DNA of 63,806 bases from Gracilinanus agilis (lineage: Eukaryota), in the NCBI RefSeq assembly GCF_016433145.1, contig NC_058130.1, forward strand, positions 647,196,120 to 647,259,925, written 5' to 3'. Shown here one piece after another: positions 30,835 to 43,479 of the stretch. Numbering within the stretch: position 1 is the first letter of the stretch; the number at the start of each line of letters is the position of its first letter. The notes beneath the pieces are model-generated. The model made no database searches. It was given only the letters and a program-made list of their open reading frames with translations, and was not told the DNA's origin. The position numbers were made by a program, and so were the translations under genes.

Positions 30835-31162
30835 AAGCCAGGGTTCACTCATGCTGGTACTTTGCTAGCTACCTCCCCACACCTGCTGTGGGGCCATACC
30901 CCTGATGGACCAGCAGTCTCCTACCCCCCTCCTTTCTCTGTGATTCTGAGTCAAAAAACACCTACTTCCTTTTCCTAGTACAATTTATGCTCCTTCTGAT
31001 GAGCTTCTTTCCTGAGCCCCTCTGATTTGGCTGTCTCTGACCTCTTTCTAGATCAGAGACTGGTCTTTCAACTCCAGGAATAACCACCAGTCCTTAAAAG
31101 GGCCAAACAGCCCCTGTACAGCCTCTCCCAGCTCTGTAGGAAGAACTCTACCCATCATTTCA
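30579..31162 (-). mobile_element. Probable solo LTR containing a (TG)22 tract
   Basis: Minus strand reads TGAAATGATGGG...AATAAATAAT...CCAGAGATTTTTAATCTTAACA (TG...CA termini, polyA signal). No TSD found. Confidence 0.6.
30790..30833. repeat. (TG)22 microsatellite
   Basis: Direct reading. Confidence 0.99.
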
Positions 31163-32249
31163 GAGAGATGTGGTTCAGAGTTTCAGAAGTGCTTTAAAAT
31201 CCATAGGCTGTCTTGGGGTGCCAAAAAAGAGGTACCAGCTTGTGTTAAACTTTCACAATGATGTATAGCACTGTATAATTGTATAAATTGGTCCATGTGT
31301 AAAGGTCACTAGAAATGAACAATAAAGTGAGAGAAGTGGAAAGATAAAAATTCATATTTTTAACTATTAGAGTATTAGATTTTAAAGAACCTACTATAGG
31401 AATTTTTTTTCTTCAGCAATGGACTGTATTTAAATATAAAACTTCTGTAGATATGTTTTAAACCTATGGGAAATTAGTTGCAGCAAAAAGTATTTGCAAA
31501 AGAGAATCAAAGTGACCTTTAGATTCCTGACAATGAGGCACTTTGGATCAAACAGTTGACTGCCAAGATCCATGGGCTAATTATCCATCTTTTCTTCAAA
31601 ATTAATAATAACTATAGGTCAGGACTAGCTTGAAGTAAGGCATTCAAGCTGAAGATCCTTTTTAAGATGGCACCTCGAGCCTTTGAATAATTAAATTAAC
31701 TATTCACAGATGGTCACTAGATATGCAGCCTAAAATTCCATTCCCTTAACAAATGTCACATTTAAGGGAGTTTTGAACTTTGGGAAGTTTGGGTCCAATT
31801 CCGTATGAAACAAGTTCTGTTTTAGTTGCTAAGACAAAGTATTCCAGTGGAAACATTTTGCTTAATACAATGAACAGTTAGAGCTTGTAATGATGTTAAG
31901 GGCTATTCTACAAGCAAAGTCAAAGGTTTCCATCACTAAAATGTTCAAACTGAAGCTGGATGCTCATCGGCTATAGGAGGGAGGTGGAAGGAGGTGAGGT
32001 AAAGAACATGAATCTTTCAGGGATACTGATGGATAGATTTCTGTGTGGGCTAGGAAGTTTGACCAGGTAACCTATGAAGACCAACTTTGATATCTTCCTG
32101 TGCCAAAAGTCTCTGATTCCAGTGATAAATATTTTCATATTGATGTTAATTAAATCAAAGTTCACTTGCAAGCTAGTCAATAACCATAGACAGCTTTAAA
32201 TAATTACAGCTAGTTGGTACAGTGGATAGAGTGCCAAGTTTCGAATCAG

Positions 32250-32640
32250 CTTGATGTTCATTATTCAATTTAAGGTGCAAAGTTACATAATATCATCAGT
32301 CTCACTCTCTTTTCCAGAGTCATCAAAGTCCATTGGCAAAAGTCAGGATGACTGGTGATGGCCTGGGACAAATTGGATGACCTTGTTGTATTTTATGTCT
32401 CACCAATGTCTAAGCAATACTCAGTGCCTGCTTCAATTGCCTTTCTGATCACTGGAACAAATTGTTCTCATCTGTCCATTCCACTGAGAGTGAAGTCTTC
32501 ACATGCTTGGGGTAGCATTTATCTAGTAAACCAAAAGGTTTGTGACTCATTGGTTTCTGTCAATCTGGTTTAGCATATTTGTCAATAGGGTTCACCATGG
32601 AGTGGCCACCACTTAAGCTACAGCTTCTTTGAGTCATATA
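32250..32640 (+). mobile_element. WALLSI4-like marsupial RTE-related SINE fragment
   Basis: tcatcagtctcactctc...ccagagtcatcaaagtcc...ggaacaaattgttctcatc...gaagtcttcacatgcttggggtag; homologous to 38795-39340. Confidence 0.65.
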
Positions 32641-33280
32641 CTTCTTTTTTACAAAGAGAGAAATGAGAATAAAATGAAATTATGCCCTGTGAATTGAAAA
32701 TTCATATTTTTAAAGAGAATACTTAAGGCTTTGCTTTGTTTTATCAAACCCTGACCACTTGAAAATTATTATTTTGTACAATACATTAGAAAAGAGGACA
32801 AAAACTTGGACCATCATCATTTTTTGGATTCTTTCCCAGTGCCCTTCACAAGACAGACTGATGAACCTCGAGGCAACACAGTTCAAACCCATTTTGAAGA
32901 TATTCCCACCACTCAGTAGCAGCTACATGAGAGATGTGATTAGTTTCTGATAAGAATACCAGGTCTTTCACATTACAGAGAATAATATTCTGTTTCAGTC
33001 AAGCAGAATGGACACTGGAACTCCATTCCCAAATGACAACAAGATGAACTTCATTTTTTTCACCCAGAGGTACTAAAACAATCCTAATAAGTACCTTTTT
33101 CCTCCAGGATTTCCTTGCTTTAAAATCAACAATAAAAATTCAAGTCAGGCTGCTGGAAGCTACAGCTTATATAAACAAAGCCTCCATTGAAATGAATCAT
33201 GGAATCATTCACTTCCATAGCAACTTCAAGAAGTAAGAGGAAGAAAATTATGTTATGACCACTCATGAGGTTCCAATCTA

Positions 33281-34870
33281 TTCTTTTTTCCTAATTTTAA
33301 AAATGTTAATTAATTGATTAATTAATTAGTTAAGAATATTTTTCCATAGTTACATGATTCATGTTCTTTACCTCACCTCCTTCCACCTCCCTCCTATAGC
33401 CGATGAGCAATTCCTCTGGGTTTTACATGTGTCATTGATCAAGACCTATTTCCATACGATTAATATTTGCATTTGGGTGATTGATTAGAGTCTACATCCC
33501 CAATCATGTCCCCATCGACCAAAGTGATCAAGCAGTTGTTTTTCTTCTGTGTTTCTACTTCCAAAGTTCTTTCTCTGGATGTGGGTAGCGTTCTTTTCCA
33601 TAGGCCACTCAGAATTCTCCTGGATTATTGCATTGTTGCTAGTAAGTCCATTACATTCAATTGTGCCACAGTATATCCATCTCTAGGTATATGGTTCTCC
33701 TGGTTCTGCTCCTTTCTCTCTACATCAATTCGTGGAGGTCGTTCCAGTTCACATGGAATTCCTCCTGCTCATAATTCCTTTCAGCACAATAATATTCCAT
33801 CATCAACAGATACTACAATTTGTTCAGCTATACTCCAATTAAAGGGCATCCCCTCATTTTCCAATTTTTTGCCACCACAAAGAGTGCAGCTATAAATATT
33901 TTTGTACAAGTCTTTGGCCTTATTATCTCTTTGGGGTATAAACCACAGCAATGGTATGGCTGAATCAAAAAGCAGTCAGTCTTTTAAAGCACCTTAGGCA
34001 TAGTTCCAAATTGCTATCCAGAATGGTTGGATCAATTCACAACTCCACCAGTAATACATTAATGTCCCAATTTTGCCACATCCCCTCCAACATTTATTGC
34101 TTTCCTTTGCTGTCATTTTAGCCAATCTGCTAGGTGTGAGGTGGTACCTCAGAGTTGTTTTGATTTGTATTTCTCTAATTATAAGAGATTTAGAACACTT
34201 TTTCATGTGCTTATTGATAGTTTTGATTTCTTTGTCAGAAAATTGCCTATTCATGTCCCTTGCCCATTTATCAATTGGGGGATGGCTTGCCTTTTTGTAC
34301 AATTGATCTAGCTCCTTATAAATTTGAGTAATTAGACTTTTGTCAGAGGTTTTTTTAATAAAGATTTTTCCCAATTTGTTACTTCCCTTCTAATTTTGAT
34401 TGCATTAATTTTTGTTTATTCAAAAACTTTTTAATTTAATGTAATCAAAATTATTTATTTTACATTTTGTAATATTTTCTAACTCCTTTTTGATCTTAAA
34501 ATTTTTCCTTTCTGATAGATCTGACAGGTAAACAAACGATTCTATGTTCACTGAATTTACTTATAGTTTCCTTCTTTATATTCAAGTCATTCACCCACTC
34601 TGAATTTATATTTTTGTAGGGTGTGAGATGCTGATCTAAACCTAATCTCACCCATACTGTTTACCAATTTTCTCAAATAGTGGATTTTTGTCCCCAAAGC
34701 TGGGCTCTTTGGGTTTATCATACCTTGTCTTCCTGAGGTTATTTACCCCAAGTCTATTCCACTGATCCTCCCTTTTTTCTCTTAACCAGTACCAAATTGT
34801 TTTGATGCCCCCTTTATAGAAAAGTTTAAGATCTGGTACTGCTAGGCCCCTCTCCTTCAGATTTTTTTTA
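33281..34870 (-). mobile_element. 5'-truncated L1 (ORF2 C-terminus plus 3' UTR)
   Basis: Minus-strand ORFs encode L1 ORF2 motifs GLAVPDLKLFYK, IDKWARDMNRQFS, KTTLRYHLTPSRLAKM, CWRGCGKIGTL. Confidence 0.92.
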
Positions 34871-36265
34871 TTGCTTCCATGCATAGACCAATATCTCACA
34901 CCCTGTGCCAAGATAAGGTCAAAAAGGATAACTCATTTTGATATAAAGAATGATGCCATAACTAAGTTAGGGGAACACAAAATAGTTTACCTGACAGATC
35001 TTTGGAGAAAGAAAGAATTTATGACCAAACAAGAGATAGAGAGGATTACAAGATGAAAAAAAGAATCATTTTGATTAAATTAAAAAGCTTTTATTGGGGG
35101 CAGCTGGGTAGCTCAGTGGAGTGAGAGTCAGACCTAGAGACAGGAGGTCCTAGGTTCAAACACGGCCTCAGCCACTTCCAGCTGTGTGACCCTGGGCAAG
35201 TCACTTGACCCCCATTGCCCACCCTTACCAGTCTTCCACCTATGAGACAATACACCGAAGTACAAGGGTTTAAAAAAAAAAAAGCTTTTATACAACCAAA
35301 ACTAATCTAACCAAGATTAGAAAGGAAACAACAAGCTGGGAAAATATTTTATAAAATTTCTCTGATAAAGGTCTAATTTTTCAAATTATAAAGAACAAAG
35401 TCAAATTTTTAAGAATATAAGCCAACTGAAAAATGGCCAAAGGCCATTTTCAGGTGAAGAAATCAAAGCCATCAGTAATCATATGAAAAAATGTTCTAAA
35501 TCACTCTTTTTAGAGAAATGTAAATTAAAACAACATTGAAGTACCACCTGACACCTATTAGATTGGACAATATGACAGAAAAGGGAAGTGGTAAATGTTG
35601 GAGGGGATGTGGCAAAATTGGGACACTGATGCATTGTTGGTGTAGTATTGAAGTGATCCAAACATTCTGAGGGCAATTTGTAACTATACCCAAAGGGCTA
35701 TACAACTGTACCTTACCCTTTGATCCAGTAAGGCCATTCCTGTGTCCATATCCCAAAGAGATAATAAAAAAGGGGAAGGACACACTTGTTCAAAAATATT
35801 TATAGCTTCTCTTTTTGTGGAGGCAAAGAATTGGAAATTGCGGAATGGCTGAACAAATTGTGGTACATAATGATAATGAAGTACTATTTGCTATAAGAAA
35901 TGATAAGTAAGATGAGTTCAGAAAAAGCTAGAAAGATCTGTGGGAAATGATGTAGAGCAAAATAAGCAGAACTGGGAGAATAGTGTGCACAATAACAATA
36001 TAGGATGATGATCAACTGTGAAAACTTGGCTACTCTCAGCAGTGCAATGAGCTGGGACAATCCTGAAAGACTTAAATGAGGAAATGCTATCCATTTCAGA
36101 GAAAGAATTGTTGGAGTTGTCTTTCTCATCAGTATATTTTTGTTTTTATTTTGTAATTTTGGCTTTTTGTAGTTGTAGACTTTGCTTTTACAATGACCAA
36201 TATGGAAGTGTGTTTTGCATGACAATCACTTTTAAAAATAAAATAAATGAATAAATAAACAAAGA
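34871..36265 (+). mobile_element. 5'-truncated older L1 (ORF2 C-terminus plus 3' UTR), head-to-head with the previous L1, interrupted by a SINE
   Basis: DQYLTPCAKIRSKRI..., aaatgttggaggggatgtggcaaaattgggacactgatgcattg, ends in an A-rich tail at ~36235-36265. Confidence 0.85.
35096..35283 (+). mobile_element. Young opossum-type SINE with 13-bp TSD, inserted in L1
   Basis: TSD AAAAAGCTTTTAT at 35082-35094 and 35279-35291; near-identical to the SINE at 63164. Confidence 0.95.
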
Positions 36266-36853
36266 AAAGAACCTTAGTTTGATTCTTACTTTGGATCCTT
36301 ACAAGTTGTATGATACTGGGGGGAAAATAGACCCATTAGCTTAAGTTTCCTATGAAGTTATTGTTGCCATTGTTATAATTCTTCTCTTTTTCTCATCTTA
36401 TTCAAATAAGTTCAAATAGTGACAGTCCTGAGAGCAGTTGAAATATAACTATTATGATCATTATTTTTAAATTTAATGTTCTACAGACTACTGAGCATAT
36501 GTCAAAATAATTACGTTTTGTGAATAAAAGTGTTGGCAAATAAGCTCATTTTCTATACCATTACTGTTTTCACTACAACTCCTCTTGGACACGGGATTTG
36601 GGGGGATATGGCTTTTATCCTGCTTCCATATTGCTATGGCTTCTTTTCCTGAACTCAATGTTTTGAAAACTTTTCAGTTACTGTAACTCATAGATTAGAA
36701 ATATTGAATGACATTTATTAAAAATGTTGGAGATTTTTTATGAATCAATATTATATCCATGTTATTGAGGGTAATAGCTTTGTCTCTGATATATAATTGA
36801 TATATGATGCTCTGCTTCCAAGGCAGTATGTTGATCAATTTCCTTGGGATGTT

Positions 36854-36856
<3 letters not shown>

Positions 36857-36932
<76 letters not shown>
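36857..36932. repeat. Compound microsatellite (AC)22(AT)16
   Basis: Direct reading. Confidence 0.98.
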
Positions 36933-36935
<3 letters not shown>

Positions 36936-38406
36936 ATATCCCTGAGCCCATGAAATATAGTAAGCTTCAAATACATAATTATTTTCTCCAAGTCATAGCT
37001 TGCTAGTTTTTCAGTAGCTACCAAGTTTTTGCTGTGTATAGTGATATATTGTAAAGTTTCTATCAATTACTTACATATCCTCCATTGATCACTAAATTCA
37101 AAGTACTTTATAACCTTCTGCCATTTCTGGTGGATGCGCTCTCCTAAATTGCCGTCATAAACCGTACCATTTCCATAAAAAATTATGCATGACTCATCAA
37201 TTTTTCAATGTCTCTTTGTCAGCCTATGCTTGGCTCAGTTTAAGGAAATGTTGGCCATTGAAGACCTTTAGACCTCTGTTTTAGATCTTAAGTATTTGAT
37301 ATGTTCCATCTGGAGGTAAATCATGATCAAGTACATTCAACCAACCTAATAGCATGTACTGATGGTCAGCCTTTTTTGTTGTTCATGGAATGTCTCCTTG
37401 TTCTAAAAGCCTTTCTATAGGTTTTTTATCCTGCTTTGTGCTTATCTTGTGCTATGAAAATGTCTATCAATCTTCTTCACTCATTTTGGTAAAAAAGTAT
37501 TAATCTTTCTACAATGGCCTCAATGTAACAGACATGTATTTTAGGAATATTGTCCTGTTTTTCATGAAAATCTTTTTTAAATTTGCTACAGTTCAGTTTA
37601 TAGTCCCCCGAAGTATACTTGAACATTACATAGGTGTGAAAATTTAGATTTTATTTTGTTATCGATTTCATTCTGTTTTACTGCTGACATTTTTCTGTCT
37701 AAGTCATGTTTGATTTGTCTCAGAGTTAAGTTTAGAAATCCATATTTCCTGCAAATCACTCATTGTCTCTGAGTTTTTTAGAGGTTTAGTTCTCCTGTTA
37801 ATCAATGTTCTATTCTTGCCTCAAATAAATCTGTTATCTTTGAAGGGTGAAGGTGGATGCAAAAAGAGTCTGGTCTGTTACACTATTGCTAAATTTCCAG
37901 CTATCATGTTGTTCCTTATGCATATAACACTACACATTTTATAACCAATCATACTGTTTTCCCCAAAAGAAAGCTATCCCCCTCCCTTAGGATCTCAGCT
38001 TTTCTAGGTGGAGAAAGTGAAGCCTTATTTATTGGTAAATTCATGCTTTGTCAAAAACTTAATCATTCATAAATTTTCATGCCTCAGTTTACCTTAATTT
38101 CAGACATAATAGTTGAAAATTGTTTTAATATGTTCCCATTGACTTTTGACTTCATGATGGCAATAAGACCTAATTTATTCAGTCATACCCATCTCCTTGT
38201 CAGTTTTAAGTTTCATGTATCTTGCCTAGTGGAGACTAAGGTATTTATAAGTATTTACTTTACCCATTGATTCAAAATATCCTCTGAATTTAAACTCAAA
38301 GCTTTCTGTCTCTATATTTCCTTGGCATATGTTTAAAAATTTACCCTAATTATAGACAAATTACATTTTTATATATTTGGATAAAGATTACAAAAGATGA
38401 AACAAC

Positions 38407-38569
38407 GGGGCAGCTGGGTAGCTCAGTGGATTGAGAATCAGGCCTAGAGATGGGAGGTCCTAGGTTCAAATCTGGCCTCAGACACTTCCCAGCTGGGTGA
38501 CCCTGGGCAAGTCACTTGACCCCCTTTGCCCACTCTTACCACTCTTCCACCAAGGGTTTAAAAAAAAAA
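38407..38569 (+). mobile_element. Young opossum-type SINE with 13-bp TSD and ~23-bp deletion near the tail
   Basis: TSD AAAAGATGAAACA at 38392-38404 and 38566-38578; lacks tatgagacaatacaccgaagta present in the copies at 35096 and 63164. Confidence 0.92.
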
Positions 38570-38794
38570 GATGAAACAGTTGATTATTGCTTTATTCAGG
38601 GAAGACATTTATTTATGAGATATTTTAATGACAAAGTTAGATAGAAATGTAAAGGTTTTTCTTCCTGGATCATGAAATATGTATATATGTATATATATGT
38701 TATATATATGCATATATATGGCAATAACATGTTGGTGGTATGATATAGAAATAAGTTTTATATTCTGTACTTGATTCTAATTTTTATCTTTACA

Positions 38795-39340
38795 TTTCTT
38801 ATTCATCTTTCATTTTCAAAAAGGACCAATGATATCATAAATGTGATATCTTAACTGGATTTGGATTTAAGTGAGGCAGAGTTGCACGAAGTAGTCAGCC
38901 TCATTCTTTCTACCAAATTCTTCAAAGTCTAGTGGCAAAACAAAAGTTGGGACAACTAGTGGTGGCACGAAAAAAGCACCAGTTGACCTTGATTTCTTTG
39001 ATATCTAACCAAGCTCTAAGTGTTCCATAGCACCTGCTTCAACTGCCCTTCATGCCATTGGAATAAATTGTTCTCATCCACCCATTCTGCCAGGGGAAGT
39101 CTTCACATACTTGTGGTAGACATCTCTCTAATTCACATCAGGGTTTGAGGTTTGGCTTAGCCCATCTGCCAAGAAGGTTTTAACAGAGTGTGGCTGCTGC
39201 ACATGCTATAGCTTCTTGGAGCCACAGGTGAGAGAGTTAAGTAACAGGTGGACAACAAAGGTGAATGAGAAGCTCTGAAAAGGACTCAGCAAGTCCTCAA
39301 ACCAGAGACACTAATCCTCCCTGAATACCCCATATACCTC
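38795..39340 (+). mobile_element. WALLSI4-like marsupial RTE-related SINE, near full length
   Basis: aaggaccaatgatatc...ggatttaagtgaggcagagttg...aaattgttctcatcc...agcttcttggagccacaggtgag...cctccctgaataccccatatacc. Confidence 0.7.
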
Positions 39341-39354
39341 ATCAGCTAAGGGCC

Positions 39355-39590
39355 AGCTTTGTAGAACAGTGGATAGAGTACTGGCTCTGGAGTCAAGCAG
39401 ACTCCTCTCCCTGAGTTCAAATCTATCCTCAGTCACTTAGTACCTGTGCGATCCTGAGCTTACTTTCACCTTGCTTACTTCAGTTTCCTCATCTATAAAG
39501 TGAGCTGGAAAAGGAAATGGTTAATCATTCCAGTATCTTCACAAACCCAAATAGGTTAAAGAAACAACTGAGACTGAACGATATCAAAAA
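39355..39590 (+). mobile_element. MAR1-type CORE-SINE
   Basis: cagtggatagagtactggctctggagtcaag...gagttcaaatc...cagtttcctcatctataaa...ggaaatgg. Confidence 0.65.
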
Positions 39591-40384
39591 GGATGGGTGA
39601 CTTCTCTTTTCTATCTGTTTTTAATCTTTACAGTATATGAAAGGTAATGAGTGTAGAAATGAATCAAAGACTTTGTGATAGTTAATAAAAATTATTTGGG
39701 AGCTTTTAGATAGCCTGTTAAATATTTACCAAATCAATAGTAAACTACTTATTAACCCTGTGAGAATTTTTGGTCCACTTTTCTTGATCATCAGACAATA
39801 TATTGTATGCCTTTGTTTATAGAGTGTTTTGTGAATTATATTACTATTTTTTGTAAGATCTACAAACAAATAATTTGGAATAGTCATTATGTTATGCCTT
39901 CTCTTGAGAAAATCTTGTGTCTAAGAAGAAGCTGATGAAATACTTTATAAGTAACTCATGTACCACTATAATACATTTGAATCAATAATTATATATTTTA
40001 GGTGGCCTTACCATTTTCAGGTTTTACAAAGAATAAAAAATGTCAGTCATTTCCCTTGTAAAAAAATTGTCCTCTGAAATACAAATGGCACAGAAGTTTT
40101 CTATTTCTCATTTGATCAAACATGCTTTTGTTGTAGTAGCCTTCTTTCAACCATGGGCATCCAGATATTTTCTTTATTTTCCTTCTTTAGGAATTCTTGT
40201 TCAGCTTTTTTACTTCTCAATCTACTGTAACAAAGTTTTGATTGACACTGATTTATCATCATCATCATCATCAACAACATTATCATTTTATCCTTTAATT
40301 CATACTTGGGACTGATATTCCTCTAACTCACCTCAAAATTTGAGACCTATTGGTTGTCCTAAACATGATTTAGCCTATCTACAA

Positions 40385-40520
40385 AGACAAGTCTACTAGA
40401 GTTATAGGTGACAAGTGAGTTGGGTGACAGGCAGATGCCAAAGGTATAGGAGCAGCCCTGAAAAGGGCTTGCTAGGTGCTAATTCCAGAGGTCCTCTTCC
40501 TTCCTGGACACCCCATATAT
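40385..40520 (+). mobile_element. WALLSI4-like 3' fragment
   Basis: gagttgggtgacaggcagatgccaaagg...gagcagccctgaaaagggct...ggacaccccatat matches the 3' end of 38795-39340. Confidence 0.55.
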
Positions 40521-43479
40521 TTCTGTTACCAACATATACCCAAATCAAAAATGTAAGAGATAAGATTAAAAAGTGTGCCAGGGATCCACCTATTAACAGA
40601 CAACTTTTACAGATTTGAAATGGTTACTTGTTCCTGGCATTGTTGCTAAAATCACAGTACAGCATAAAACAATTTAGAAGCAATAATTGGTATATTATAA
40701 GACTATTTAATGTAGAATCAAAGATTTCTGAGCTCAAAGGAATCTTAGGGGCCAACCACTCCAACCCTCTAATTTTACAGACGATGAAATTAAAGCCTAA
40801 GAAATGAAATGATTTGCTGAAAGTAAATTGTAGAGCACAAAACTTTTACTGCTTCTGACTGAAAATGGCATAAAGCTTCCTACTTTACCACATTGTAAAT
40901 TGGCATGAAAGCAATATATCTTTAGCTTCCTTTCCCATAACTAAACTACTGCCTATAGGATTTACTCATATTAAAACTGATCAAGTTCTTGATTAAATTC
41001 ATAAATTACAATTTGAATTTTAAATTACCTTTTGGGCACCAGACAACTTTGATTCTATAAGGGATCAGGGAAAATCTCTAAGAGTTCATCTCCATTAGAG
41101 GGATTAAGGAGATTTTCTTTTTGTTTTCAATCAATTGTCATTACAGTGGTTTAGATTTCTTTGAAATGATTAATCTGCCTCAAGTTGAAACATCTCAGAC
41201 AGGTTAAAAAGGATGTCCAGGTACAAAAACATTATCATGATATTTGAAAGGAGCCCCAAAACTTCATTGATTCCCATAGATGAATTCAAAAGGAATTTAG
41301 AATTGGAGAACAGTCTGTTATATTTAAAGAGTTGTAATTTCATGACTCTCCATTACATATAGTAACCATACTATATGTCCCATTAGCAGCTCACAGAGGA
41401 CTTATTTTAATGAATAGATAATGATCTAGAATTAGTATATTAATTGTTTATGAGTAAATGAATGCTTTTAAAGTATATAAAGACTGTTTCCCCCTTTCTA
41501 ATACAGTTTAATCATTCCCTTGCTATCTTGTTTAAACTATTAATTTGCTTAGCAAATCTTTTTTTTTTTGATAGTAGTGGCATAAACTTCTAATCAGGTC
41601 CCAATGAAAGATAAATTCTAGATGGCTGCAGCTCAAAAATAGTTTTAAAATAGTCTCATACAACAACTGTACTTTAACTCACCTCCAACCTATGGTCCAA
41701 TATGGTGCTATTAATTCTATACTTCCTGGAACATCCTACAAAACAAATCTTCCAGAGTACTTCCTTAATCTCTTACCTCCTACCAGTGCTATCCTTGTGA
41801 AAGTTCATATTTATAACCTCCACTAGACTGTATGTTCCATATGGTCAGGTATCATATCTTATTCGACTTCTTATTCCTCAAAGTACCTAGTAGAGTGGCT
41901 TATACATGGCTGTTGAGTAAATGAAAGAATCAATAAAGCGTGCCATTGGCATCCATATGAGATTAATTTAAGGACTGCCAATGACCAAAAATGTCAGTTA
42001 TCAGTTTATTTATATATGTTTACTGGATGATCCCATAGTTCTAAAAATATTCTCACTTGTTATTTTATTCTAGTGTCATATCCAGCTATATCTTATGAAA
42101 CAAATTGTTATGATATTGATGTCTTCAATATTTCAATAATTTAAATGCTTTGGGTAATGTAGACATTGCAAGAATATTGCATTTCATCTATCAATGTGAG
42201 CTTTTCACATCATAGTCAACACTGGATATAATTTTTCATTACTTTTCTTGAGTCCTTCCTTATAAAAAGAATAGATAGTGACTACCTCCCAAAGTGTGTG
42301 CATCCTTAGAAGCCTGTAATCCTCCCTCTGTCTGCAGAAAGGAGACTTCTTATTTCAGCATCATCTGATGTCTGGGAAGAAGACTGGTCAGTATAATTTA
42401 CTCAGTATTCAGTTTTGTTTTTGTTCCTTTTGCCTGTAAGATTGTAATCACTGAATTTTTGTTATGTTTTTGCTTGTTTTGTGACAGTTTGTAAAAAAGC
42501 TCCCCCAATTTTTCTGAATTTCTCATATTTGTCATCTGTTTCTTTTTAAAACCTAAAAGATAAGAACTAGAATTCTAAATTCACTGGTATTGAACATTCC
42601 ATCATGAGAGAACTCTTCCAAAGAAAATTACCCCTTTTTTGCAACTGAATAGACTTAGTGAGTTACCTAGACCAATCAGAGACAAAGTGACTTCCTTAGG
42701 ATCAGAAAGCTATTATGTTCAGAAGTGAGACTTGAATCTTGGTGTTCTTGGCTCTACCCATTACAACATATTACTTCTATTTTTAAACAGAAATTTTTTA
42801 TGTCTTTTTAAGTTCTTCATTTTTTAAATGGATAATTATTTTCCTCCATATTTTCAAAAAAATCTGATTAAGTGTTTATTTGCTATGTCTTTAATGTGTA
42901 TATATTCATTATTCCATCATTCTATTCTATCAGATATTCATAATTTATTATTCTACTCTTTTTTCTAAGTTTTTGCCATCACTACTTATTCCTTCTAGAC
43001 CAGAATATACCATTTCTGGATGTATTTTCTTCCTTGGACCATAAATACTGGTCATGGTCAGGGGCCCTTTCAAACCCTTTCCCTATGAGAATTGTGGTGT
43101 CCTGAGAATTGCATCACTAGCTCAGAGATTGTCATGTCCTGAGGAAAAATAATTCTCATGAAGTTAAACCCATTATGAGGTTCCTATGGCTTCCCATGAT
43201 GGGAAAAGTCCTTAATGATACCCTTTTATTTCCCCATTTTAGTGAAACCAATCTCCCTCTCCCCTATCCCATGATCAATCCCTTATGTTATTCTTACTCT
43301 ACTATCCCAACATCAATCATAATTGTCAAGACATTTAAAAATTTATCTTTTCTCTTCTATGTAGACTATATTGGAATGCATTTCCATAAAAAAGACAATT
43401 CTGCCTCTCCTCAGCCCCTCAAGATGTCTCTTCTGTTAGCATCCCACTACAAAAAAATTGATCCTATTGTGAATGATGT

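Noticed and set aside
33212-33224. RFX X-box-like CTTCCATAGCAAC in a short unique segment
   Set aside because: Single motif without cluster or promoter context; cannot be distinguished from chance.
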